Shown here piece after piece: positions 1-11,030 of a DNA stretch of 47,884 nt (position 1 is the stretch's first letter; every line of letters starts with the position of its first letter). The DNA lies in assembly GCF_006345805.1 (NCBI RefSeq), contig NW_021834490.1:1-47884 (forward strand). Direction: 5' to 3'. The DNA is from Octopus sinensis (lineage: Eukaryota). The position numbers and the translations under genes are program-made. The notes beneath the pieces are model-generated. The model made no database searches and was not told the DNA's origin. It was given only the letters and a program-made list of their open reading frames with translations.

Positions 1-16
1 GGGGCGACAACTGGTA

Positions 17-50
<34 letters not shown>

Positions 51-199
51 CGTGTATGTGATTGTGTGTGTGTGTGTTACAACATATAATACCTCTATAT
101 GTCTACTGTGCCTGTTAGAAATAGCAGCCAATGTCCTTCAAAATTATCCATAACATGAGCAATAACAAATGTTACAGTTGTAATAACAATATCACAAAC

Positions 200-320
200 A
201 TTTATAATGGTTTCAAATTTTTGCACAAGGCCAGCAATTTTGGGAGTAGGGGATCAGTCGATAACACCCGATGCCAGTATCGACCCCGGAAGGATAAAAA
301 GCGAAGTCGACTCAGATCCT
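200..320 (-). mobile_element. Internally deleted tRNA-derived SINE fragment (family A)
   Basis: Matches the tail (GGTTTCAAATTT..CACAAGGCC) and core (ATCGACCCCGGAAGGATAAAAAGC) of the fuller copies at 477-695 and 5497-5712. Confidence 0.6.
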
Positions 321-476
321 AATAGATTTTTCAAATGAAAACATCTATAATAACGCCTCCTACAACTGTAACATCACCAACAACAAAACCAACATCAATA
401 ACAACAAACAACTTTAATAATAGAACTAGCAGCTACAATAACAACAACAATTAGAATTGTTATACAATGAGAATGA

Positions 477-695
477 TGGTTTCAAATTTTGGTACAAGGA
501 TGGATATTTTGAGGGAGGCGGATGAGTCGATTACATCGACCCCGATGTTTCACTGGTACTTAATTTATAGACTCCAAAAGGATGAAAGGTAAATGCGACC
601 CTGGGAGGGATTTGAACTCAGAACATAAAGACGGATGAAATACCACTAAGCATTTCGCCCGGCGTGCTAACGTTTCTGCCAGTTCACTGCCTTAA
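477..695 (-). mobile_element. tRNA-derived SINE, family A, near full length
   Basis: The reverse strand gives an A-box-like CTGGCAGAAACGTTAGC, a B-box GAGTTCAAATCC and a central ACCTTTCATCCTTTTGGAGTCTATAAAATTAAGTACCAG. That central stretch resembles, from memory, the Meta/MESC SINE core. Confidence 0.85.
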
Positions 696-859
696 ATACA
701 ATGAGAATAACAACATCAAAAAGAACGAACAGCTATAATAGTAACAACAACGACACCACCATCAACAACAACAACAATCGTTCTTTCTGGCAGTGTTGGC
801 TCCATTAGTGTCAAGTACCTGCGGCATTAACACCCTGATTATACCCCGATACTTTTCTC

Positions 860-888
860 TCTCTCTTTCGCCCACACTCACTCACTCA

Positions 889-930
<42 letters not shown>

Positions 931-1390
931 GACTCCCTCACACTGTCCGCTCCACCTTCTGTATAGCATCTCTTACCACCATCTTGCTTTCCCGTTATTT
1001 CTCTCCGTCTCTCTTTCTCTCTCTTCACTCTCTCTCCTTTTCTCTTTGTCTCTGCCTCTTTTTCTCTCTTCCTCACACTTTCCCTTCCCACACTCTCTTC
1101 CACCCTACTCTTCCTCTCCTCCCGTTATCTTTTGTATCCATCAACTCTCTCTCTCTCCTTTACCCTTACTCTCCTCATAATGCTTCTCTTCACCCAATTT
1201 CTCCCCTAATCTTACTCTCCCTTCGTCCTTCCTTTCCTCACTCCTACGCCTCCATACTCTTCCTCCCTTACTCTCTACTTCTATCTCTCCCTACCTCACC
1301 CCTCTTTTATTCCTTTTTCTTTCATACTGTCAAACGTACTTTCCTCCTTTTTATCTCTCTTATTGTTTCCGCCATTTTCTGCCTGACAAT
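860..1390. repeat. (CT)n and degenerate polypyrimidine tract
   Basis: About 530 bp that is almost entirely C/T on the + strand. Confidence 0.9.
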
Positions 1391-1399
1391 CTTTATGGC

Positions 1400-2185
1400 C
1401 GTAACTGCTGCGAGCTGGCAGAAACGTTAGCACGCCGGGAGGAATGCTTAGCGGTATTTCGTCTGCCGTTAGGTTCTGAGTTCAAATTCCGCCGAGGTCG
1501 ACTTTGCCTTTCATCCTTTTGGGATCGATAAATTAAGTGCCAGTTACGCACTGGGGTCGATATAATCGACTTAATCAGTTTGTCTGTCATTGTTTGTCCC
1601 CTCTGTGTTTAGCCCCTTGTGGGTAGTAAAGAAATAGGTATTTCGTCTGCCGCTACGTTCTGAGCTCAAATTCCGCCGAGGTCGACTTTGCCTTTCATCC
1701 TTTCGAGGTCGATTAAATAAGTACCACTTACGCACTTGGGTCGATATAATCGATTTAAAACATTTGTCTGGGTCCGTTTGTCTGTCCTGTTCGCTCTCTG
1801 GTTTAGCCCCTTGTGGGGGTAAATAAGAAATAGGTATTTCGTCTGCCGCTACGTTCTGAGCTCAAATCCCGCCGAGGTCGACTTTGCCTTTCATCCTTTC
1901 GAGGTCGATTAAATAAGTACCACTTACGCACTTGGGTCGATATAATCGATTTAATCCGTTTGTCTGTCCTTGTTCGTCCTCTCTGTGTTTAGCCCCTTGT
2001 GGGTAGTAAACAAATAGGTATTTCGTCTGCCGCTACGTTCTGAGTTCAAATTCCCCCGAGGTCGACTTTGCCTTTCAACCTTTCGGGGTCGATAAATTAA
2101 GTACCTGTTGTGTACTGGAGTCGATCTAACCGACTAGCCCCCTCCCCAAAAGTTTTGGACCTTATGCTTAGAGTAGAATAGAATC
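1400..2185 (+). mobile_element. Head-to-tail concatemer of SINE family A (four body units)
   Basis: GGTATTTCGTCTGCCG recurs at 1453, 1637, 1833 and 2017 (periods 184, 196, 184 bp). Only the first unit has the 5' A-box head and only the last has the standard tail. Confidence 0.9.
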
Positions 2186-2385
2186 GTTACCGCGCTGGAA
2201 AAGTGCTTAGCGGCATTTCGTCCGTCTTTGCGTTCTGCGTTTAAATTTCGTCGAAGTAGACTTTGCCTTTCATCCTTCCAGGATTGGTAAAACAAGTACC
2301 AGTTGAATACTGGGGTCCATGTGATTGATTATCTCCACCTTCGGAATTGCCAAAATCTGAAATCAAATTGAAACCAATTTTTATA
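2186..2385 (+). mobile_element. Older, diverged SINE family A copy
   Basis: GCTTAGCGGCATTTCG...GACTTTGCCTTTCATCCTTCC...AAGTACCAG...GGGGTCCATGTGATTGA. Confidence 0.75.
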
Positions 2386-3309
2386 CCCGTCTATTGTTTC
2401 TCTCTCTCTCTCTCTTTCTGTCTCTCTTTCACTGTCTCTCTCACGCACACACATATACACATACACTTCTTGCCGCTCACCATTTTTTTTTATTTCTCCC
2501 TCTTTCTCCCTTTCTCTCCTACTCTCTCTTTCTCTTTGCTTCTCCGTAAGAAGAAAGTAAGACTTCTCAGTAAGAATACAATCAACAACAGCAACAACAC
2601 CTAATATATAACAAGAGTTGCAACAATAACAGCATTTACACGTGCAACAACAAAGCTAGCTGCAACAACACGACCCACAGAGAGTGAGGAGCGTGAAACG
2701 GAAAGGAAGAGGGAAAGAAAGGAGTGAAAGGAAACAAAACATAAATGGTAAAGAGAGAGACTGAAGGGAATAGTAGTGAATGGTGGTAAAGGCGGTAGCG
2801 GCGGCGGCGGTGGTGGTGGTGGTGGCGGCGATTTTGGCGATGGTTTTGGTGATAGGGATTGTAACAAGAGTATTTTTTGCATTCCCCATTCAGGTCGGTC
2901 CTTATCGAGCAGATTTAACTTTACTGCCGTTCCAGTCACGATCATCCAGTCTATTGCGAAAATTGTAATAGCGTTATGAGTATAATTTTTAAAACGCAAT
3001 AAAATGTTGTTTTCAGAAAATAGTTTTACTTAAATTAAGAATTAGAACAGAACATTTATAATCGGCCTAAGAACATATGAACTTATCGTGACGGAATTAA
3101 TTCCTGTCTTTATGAGGAACCCAAGATTTCGCTTTCTAAAATCCGACAGTACAATCCTAACTGGGTTTCTTTCCACTGAATCCTTACATGTCCACGTGGA
3201 CATGAAAATTGTGAAAGTGAAGGCCTCTCATTACCGCATTCGAGCGTGAAACCTTGAGTAGGTCAACGCATATTCATTAGCGACAGAGGCAGTATTAATA
3301 CCTAGGGCT

Positions 3310-3635
3310 AATATTTTATCCACACTTAATCGTGGATGTTCTGTTAGAACAAGTTATACTGTAGTAGTTACCATGAGAAAAAAACTCTCATATTGGCTTT
3401 TGGTGCAAAATGCACTCATGCTTATAACGCTGGATGAGAGATATATCTCCACCACGTCCAGCGCCGAAATCACGTGAATTGGTGGCCTCGTCACGAGAGA
3501 TTTGTCTCTCCGCGAGCGATATAGACAAGAGTCCATTTTGCACCAAAAAGCCAATATGATAATCTCCCGCTGATGGTAACTACCGCAGTATAGCATCTTT
3601 TAATAGAACATCCACATTCAAGTGGGAATAAATAT
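3310..3635. mobile_element. Foldback / MITE-like element with ~140 bp imperfect inverted arms
   Basis: Left arm GTGGATGTTCTGTTAG..TATACTGTAGTAGTTACCAT..TCATATTGGCTTTTGGTGCAAAATG is the reverse complement of right arm CATTTTGCACCAAAAAGCCAATATGA..ATGGTAACTACCGCAGTATA..TAATAGAACATCCAC. The loop is about 45 bp. Confidence 0.75.
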
Positions 3636-3772
3636 TCTTTTCTACTCTAGGCACAAGGCCCGAAATTTTTGGGGAGCGGCCCAGTCGATTAGATCGACTC
3701 CAGTACGCAACTGGTACTTAATTTATCGACCCCAAAAAGATGAAAGGCAATGTCGACCTCGGTGGAATATTG
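3636..3772 (-). mobile_element. 5'-truncated SINE family A
   Basis: Tail CTTTTCTACTCTAGGCACAAGGCCCG and core up to GTCGACCTCGGTGGAAT. Confidence 0.85.
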
Positions 3773-4398
3773 GGGATAAATATTACCACAAGAAACTTAG
3801 TATCCATTTGCGAAAATTCATCTGATAAGGCATTAGTCAACCAAAATATACAGAAGCAAATACTTGCCGAAAGCACAGCATCTAAGTTCGAACCCGGACC
3901 CACATGGCTGCGAAATGGAACTCTGAAACGCACATCAATGCCTACCTACACCCATACATAGACGCCCCAAGTAAAATTATTGCCCCGAAATTAATTTCTA
4001 TAATTCCCTGTCTTTAGAATCAACAGTATTTTCTGGTATTTTCATGTTTAAGATTACACATCTTATATTGCTGTCACGTTTTGGTGGAGTGGGATGTAAA
4101 AGTGGGCACGGAGCGATGCGTTTCAGTATTAATTTTCAAATATATAAGTAAAAATATATGTATAGGTTTAAGCTTAAGTATAGACATGAGTTTGGGCGTG
4201 TGGATGGAGGTATATATTTCTATGTGTATCTACGGGTAGGATAAATATTATTTCAATTAATTATTTATGTTTTATTTAATCTTTTCGTAGGTGTACGTGG
4301 GGTGACTGGGTGTTTATTACTAAAAGGTTTATATTAATTTTCACTTTGATTTCGTAATTTAATTTTGCTTGTGTGTGTATGTACACACACATACACAC

Positions 4399-4451
<53 letters not shown>

Positions 4452-4558
4452 TAGTATATATATATATTAAATGCATGTATGTACAGATTTACGTATGGAA
4501 TTTGAAATATACATACATAGGTATTCATAATATCTATTACCTATATCTCCCTTTCCTG

Positions 4559-4590
<32 letters not shown>

Positions 4591-4619
4591 CATTATATAG
4601 ACAAACACACATATATATA

Positions 4620-4622
4620 TAG

Positions 4623-4693
<71 letters not shown>
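4620..4693. repeat. (GATA)n microsatellite
   Basis: Direct reading. Similar tracts lie at about 17285-17410, 20968-21135, 27810-27950, 28627-28770 and 34950-35045. Confidence 0.95.
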
Positions 4694-4694
<1 letters not shown>

Positions 4695-5496
4695 GCACAT
4701 ACATATATGGTACGACGAAAAAATGAATCGACGTGTAAATATTTTTTTGATGTTGAAATTACTTTTCTGATTTTATTCAGTTTTGCGAATATTTCTGATC
4801 AAGGAAAGGATTTCTGAAGGAAATAATCTGGTACTTATAACGAAATAATGTCGTGTAGCAAAAATGAGAAAAACAGAAAAAGGGGAAAATATAGGAAGAA
4901 TTGTGTGTAAACACACAAAACACACGCATACACACGCACACAGACTCCCCCCCACACACACATACACACACACACGCATAACCTTACTTGTGAAACTGCA
5001 GACGTAATGGAGTATTATTTAACAAAACAACACAATCTGTTAATGGCAGAGGGACAAAGAGAGGGATGCGGAGACACAGGCACACATACACACACACACA
5101 CACTAAAGTGCACATACACACACACACTAAAGTGCACATACACACACAAATACACACGCACACACACATACATGCACACATACACACACACTAAAGTGCA
5201 CATACACATACAACTACACACGCACACACATACATGCACACACATACATGCACTCACACACATACAAGAAATACGCACGCACACACGCATACATGAACAC
5301 ACACGCACACGTTTGTACAATACGCGATATGGATTGACAGAGTCATGTGTGGTTATATCGGAGACGGCCATCAGATCCGATCCGCATCTTAATTACTCCA
5401 TTGCAGACGAGTATTATGAAGAGTGTTTCTGCAGCTGAAACCCACAAGATCCTAATCTCTGAAATTATTTCTTGAAAAGTATATAAACCGTAAAAT

Positions 5497-5712
5497 CTTT
5501 TCTACTCTAGGCATAAGGGCCGACATTTTGAGTGAGGGGGCCAGTCGATTAGATCGACCCCAGTACGCAACTGGTAATTAATTTATCGAACCTGAAAAGA
5601 TGAAAGGCAAAGTTGACCTCGGCGAAATTTGAACTCAGAACGTAAAGGCAGACGAAATACCGCTAAGCATTTCGCTCAGTGTGCTAACGTTTCTGCCAGC
5701 TCCTCGCCGTCT
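5497..5712 (-). mobile_element. Full-length SINE family A with a 17-bp target-site duplication
   Basis: Complete head, core and tail. Flanked by TATATAAACCGTAAAAT (5480-5496) and TATATAAACCGCAAAAT (5713-5729). Confidence 0.92.
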
Positions 5713-5729
5713 TATATAAACCGCAAAAT

Positions 5730-7415
5730 GTCAGCAGGTATAAAAGGTGAATACGGTTACTCAGCCACTTTACATTCGTAGGAGTACGGCCGTTTCGCAG
5801 GCCTCTTCATCTAATAATAATTTTAGTAGGGAAGAAATTATGCTTACATGTTTGTATTAAAGTGTATGGCACGAATATTACAATACAATTCTGTATCTGC
5901 AGTTCAATGCAAATAAAGAAAGCTAGATCGTCATACGGATGGCAAGCGGTGAAAACTATATATTCACCTCTTGCTTTATCTACAAACACACGTAAATGTC
6001 GTCAGTGTATCATATATCCGAAAGAGAAGTACAGTCAAAAGCATAGAACTTTAGTGTATTTATAAGCGGTTAAGTCTCTGTCCGGTCATAGAGTGACCAA
6101 TGGTTTCACGTCCATAAAGGTCTTAGCTTTACGGACAGCTCGCCAGACTCTAATAGCAAAACTCTTGTAGCTCTTCAAACTTCGGAGGTAGAAGTCATTT
6201 CTGGTCAAGTTAGTAAACAAAGAATGAACAATCCGGGTCGGTGAAGGCGGGTTTTCTCCTTATGGGCCAAAGTGGCAAAGAGAGAACTCTGTCTTTAGGT
6301 TGCTTTTAGCCCGTAAGGACTTTTCCGATCTAATCAATGAATGGGGAATCGCGTGCTTGCAGCAGGTAGCGTTTGAAGCTTATGCAGGGACATCTCTATG
6401 ATCCTCCTCCTCCTGATATCGTATAGGGTCTTTTCATCTTTAAGGCGCCACATGTGGCTTACCAAGGATGTGACGAATCGCTTTTCCGGACTCCTAAAAG
6501 AGGACCTATGTTCGTACAGGCGTCACTTGAAGGCAGTTCGGGCTGACCCGATATATTTCGGAATTTGTATGCTGGTTTTGTTAACATTTCTGGTGCCTCT
6601 TCAGTTGGCTCCGGGCCTGCAAATTTTGTTGTTGTCGCTGCTGTTACTGGAGCTGCTGTCGGTGCTGTTATTACAGAGCGTGAGTCTGACGATATTCCTG
6701 CGGCTATTGTCACTGTAGTATTCATCCCTAGCCGTGGTGCTGTTACTGCTGCTGTCGCGTTGGTGATGTGGCTGTCGTCGTTGGTAATACTGGACGTGGG
6801 ATTGGTAGCTTCACTGGTGCTGCTAGTGTTCACATGGTCGACATCATCGGTCATAGCGCTGGTGTTGGGGGTCGTTGGTGTCAGTGTTGGTGTTTCTGCT
6901 GCTATCGTTGGTGTTCATGTTGTTGGATGAGACGTTGCTGCTGTTACTATGGTCGCTAGGTCTGGGTACCACCATAGCCTCATAAATGGCTCCATCAACC
7001 TCGCATTGTTCCCTCTCACCAACCACTGAGCAGTCATTTACTCCACTGCATGAGCAACCCGCTCCCTCCCGCGTTTTATGGGTGTTTGCTAAGATAATTT
7101 TCCTGAGAAGTGCGCAACTACAGGAGACCCTTGGATTGTGCCTATTGAACAAACGTCCATACCTCGGTGTCTGCGTGAAGTGTTTGTCTAATAACCTGAG
7201 GAATATTCTTCTCACTCAAGTCTTGACGTTGAGTGAGAAGGGTGGGGTAAACCAAACGACGTTCCGGTGGAGCTTCCTTTTACGAGTGCTAGGGACCGAC
7301 ATATCGGAGATGCGGTTCCTAAACGTACTGGACAACTATGCCTTGTCGTAATAGGGGGCTGCGGCGTCGAAAATTTCTTGGCTTGAGGATAAGTTCGAGA
7401 TCCTGTTGCGCTAAT
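5730..7415 (-). mobile_element. 5'-truncated, decayed Penelope-like element (Neptune type): RT C-terminal region plus GIY-YIG endonuclease
   Basis: Manual minus-strand translation: [78 protein letters not shown], then KYIGSARTAFK*RLYEHRSSF..TSLVSHMWRLKD. These are typical Neptune-clade motifs, with in-frame stops. Confidence 0.85.
5784..5810 (-). ncRNA. Degenerate minimal hammerhead-like motif at the Penelope 3' end
   Basis: Minus strand ATGAAGA-GGCCTGC-GAAAC-GGCC-GTA. The core has C3>A relative to CUGANGA, stem III is the palindrome ACGGCCGT, and the triplet is GUA. Stem I is weak. Confidence 0.3.
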
Positions 7416-8449
7416 CAGGTTCTTTCTAAGTCGATCAAGTGAGTGTTCCTTGGCTCGTCTAGAGCTAATGAAATAACAATGGTTAAATTTATGGAAGCAA
7501 ACGCTATGTGTTTGGTGCGTTGTAATTCTCCTACTTGAAACTCAGTAAATTTCCAATTATTTTTATCATCGATACCAGCATTTATCAAAAGTTGCTGCTC
7601 AAGCTCTTCGTTATTGTTTTGGTAAAATTATCAGCGTTTCCCTCAACACCATTTCACACTTCTAATGTGTGATATAGGTCTAATACTTTTGGCGTTTTCA
7701 TTTTAGGAAATAACATTTATCGCCTCTTAAAATACCCAGAGGAAGCAATAACGATTAATATTTACAATTTTACCAGTTTGACCGCTCTATTAAATGACGG
7801 CAAAAGAATGTGTGTTAAAGATTTGCTGTTAGAAAACTATTTTATTTGCGTATAAAGGAGTAATCTAGTCAAAATGTGCATCATACTGTTTGCTCAATTG
7901 CCGAGTAATTAGCCTATGATTAAGAGAAACGGACTGAATAACAATGATGGTGTTACAAGCTGTAATACAAAAGATTGAATATATTTATATGAAAGGCGCT
8001 GGTTATGAGCGGTAAGAACAGAAAGGATTTTCCCATTATCAAGCAGTAAATGATTCATATTTACCAATCATTAAAAGAGGCACGATTGGTTCCTCTGTAG
8101 TGCAGAGAACGAACTGAGTTTCTACCCAGAAAAATATTTTAAATCGTTTATTATTGTAAAATTATAAACTTTTGGTTTGAAAAGTATAAAAGCTTACACA
8201 TCACATTACTAACCATTATGTACATAACGCAAATATCAGGAAAGTTATATCTCATTACTCTTCAGATTATGTTAATTTATTCGCAGAAAAAACAATTTCT
8301 CGGCCCGAGTTGCTCATCTATAATAGATGGTTGTAGAAACAGTCTCAACATAAAGAGAGAGTCGTCTTGCAATTCAATGCCAAATATTTCGATGACAGGA
8401 AAATATATTAACACACAATATTAACATTGAATAAGCTCAGCAAACTGAG

Positions 8450-8597
8450 AGAATTGTCAACGGGAAATATGCTTAGCGGCATTTCGACCATTTTTACGTT
8501 CTGAATTCAAATTCCACCGAGATCAATTGTGCTTCTCATCCTTTTGGAGTCGATAGAATAAATACTTGTTGATCACAGGGGTCGCTGTAATCGACTT
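8450..8597 (+). mobile_element. Diverged SINE family A
   Basis: TGCTTAGCGGCATTTCG..GAATTCAAATTCCACCGAG..CTCATCCTTTTGGAGTCGATAG..GGGGTCGCTGTAATCGAC. Confidence 0.8.
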
Positions 8598-8662
8598 CCA
8601 CACCTGGAGAAGCGTAAACGATGCCAGAAACGTAAATAAACAAAGAGGAGAAATGGTAGTTA

Positions 8663-9073
8663 TATACATATACACATACATACATTCATACATACATACA
8701 CACATACACACACATACATACATACATACATACATACACACATACATACATACATACACACATACATACATACATAAATACATACATACATACATAAATA
8801 CATACATACATACACACATGCATACATCCATACATACATACATACATACACACATACATACATACATACATACGTACACACACATACATACATACATACA
8901 TATACACACACATACATACATACATACATAAATACATACATAGACACACACATACATACATACATACATACATACATACATGCATACACACATACATACA
9001 TACATACATACATAAATACATACATACATAAATACATACACAAATACATACGTACATACATACATACATAAAT

Positions 9074-9104
<31 letters not shown>

Positions 9105-9135
9105 TACATACATACATACATACATACATGCATAC
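8663..9135. repeat. (TACA)n tetranucleotide array with CA variants
   Basis: Direct reading. It accounts for the MYVC/HTYI ORFs. Confidence 0.95.
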
Positions 9136-9370
9136 ATTCAAACACACTTAGACGCACATATCTGCGCACGCATGAACCGGATGAAGCTCACCGGTCTCGA
9201 AGGGCCTCCAAAGTTCATGGCCACGGACTCTCCTTCTTTTTCAGGAAGTACAAAAATTCACATAAACACGGATGCACACACATTCATAATTTCACGCACG
9301 CAAATTAACACGCATTACAATCTTATCGATTTCCAAAGCATCACACAACACACACACACACACACACACA

Positions 9371-9412
<42 letters not shown>

Positions 9413-9659
9413 CACACGTAAAGGCATGTCGACACACACAAGTTCAATATAACAATATTCATACGATACAGGCGCAAAGCGTTCAAAGACAAACTCTTCG
9501 CACAAACCCATGCATAATGAAGACAACGCAAAAAACGCTCACACGAATCAAACACACCAAGAGACGTTCCTTAACTAGACATCCAATGAATATCTAGTAT
9601 AGCCTTTGGTGATACTCCCAGTATGCTCTCTGGTTTCAATATCATTCCTAGTCATCTAA

Positions 9660-9709
9660 TAATAATAACAACAACAACAACAATAATAGTAGTCATAGTA
9701 GTAGTAGTA

Positions 9710-9770
<61 letters not shown>

Positions 9771-9807
9771 TGATGATGATGATAATGATAATAATAATAT
9801 TAATAAC

Positions 9808-9847
<40 letters not shown>

Positions 9848-9947
9848 GGATGGTAATAATAATGATATAAATATCAATAAAATATAAGGATACCACTCTT
9901 ACTACTACACTACCACAACTACTAACAACAACAACAACAACAACAAC

Positions 9948-9979
<32 letters not shown>

Positions 9980-10188
9980 CAATAACAATAATAATGATTA
10001 TTATCATTGTCTTTCTTCATATTATTATCATTATTATAATTATTATTAATGTTTTATTGTCGTTATGATGAAGATAAAAATGGTCATGATGATGGCTACG
10101 ACGATCATTTGTAATAATAATTGTTGTAGCAGTCGTTGTAGTCGTAACACAAGTAATGGTATCATCATCATCATCACTACCATCATTG

Positions 10189-10228
<40 letters not shown>

Positions 10229-10344
10229 ATCATCATCATCATCATCATTCATCATCATCATCATCATCATCATAATTATCATCGTCGTCGTCATTGTCAT
10301 CATCGTCATCGTTATCATCATTATCGTTATTATTATCATCATCA

Positions 10345-10401
<57 letters not shown>

Positions 10402-10555
10402 GTAGTAGTAGTAGTGGTGGTGGTGGTGGTGGTAGCAGCAGCAGTAATTATGTTTGTATAGTAGCAATGGTGGCAACTGTTTTTCTATTCGTATTGGTGT
10501 TTCTACTCTTGTTGGTATGTATGTATTTATATATATATATACATATATATATACA

Positions 10556-10587
<32 letters not shown>

Positions 10588-10635
10588 GTATATGCATATA
10601 TATTACACATATATTACTAACACATTTATATACAT

Positions 10636-10688
<53 letters not shown>

Positions 10689-11030
10689 TATACACATACA
10701 TACATACCTACGTACATACATACAACTTTACGCACTTACTTCATCCTTATTTCTTTTTTTATTGTTGTCATTGATGTTATTGTTGTGGATGATGATGAAT
10801 ATATTTTTCATATATATTTTTTTGCTTCGTTCACGTGTGTTTGTGCCTGTTATCATTATATTATTTTTATTATTATCATCATTATCATCATTATTATTAT
10901 CACTCTTCTTCTTCTTCTTCTTCTTCTTCTTCTTCTTCTTCTTCTTCTTCTCCTCCTCCTCCTCCTCCTCCTCTCCTTTATTATTTAAATTATTATTATT
11001 ATTATTATTGTTGTTGTTGTTGTTGTTATT
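9660..11030. repeat. Compound microsatellite block (TAA, TGA, CAA, TCA, TA, CA, CTT, CCT)
   Basis: Direct reading. It accounts for the poly-I, poly-M, poly-L and poly-S ORFs. Confidence 0.95.

Noticed and set aside
984-1430. 148-aa hydrophobic ORF
   Set aside because: It is a translation of the CT-rich tract running into a SINE head.
1453-2100. CRISPR-like repeat-spacer periodicity
   Set aside because: The units are ~190-bp SINE bodies with no unique spacers, there are no cas genes, and the context is eukaryotic.
2601-2999. Pro-rich and Gly-rich ORFs, and a strong-looking + strand acceptor near 2895
   Set aside because: The ORFs are driven by (GGT/GGC)n. There is no convincing donor and no recognisable domain.
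4262-4310. Strong acceptor TCTTTTCGTAG|GTGTACGTGGG (GVRG-like)
   Set aside because: No clear donor, and it cannot be placed in the exon chain.
6565-6930. 121-aa Val/Ala-rich membrane-like ORF on the + strand
   Set aside because: It is the antisense shadow of the low-complexity insert in the Neptune element.
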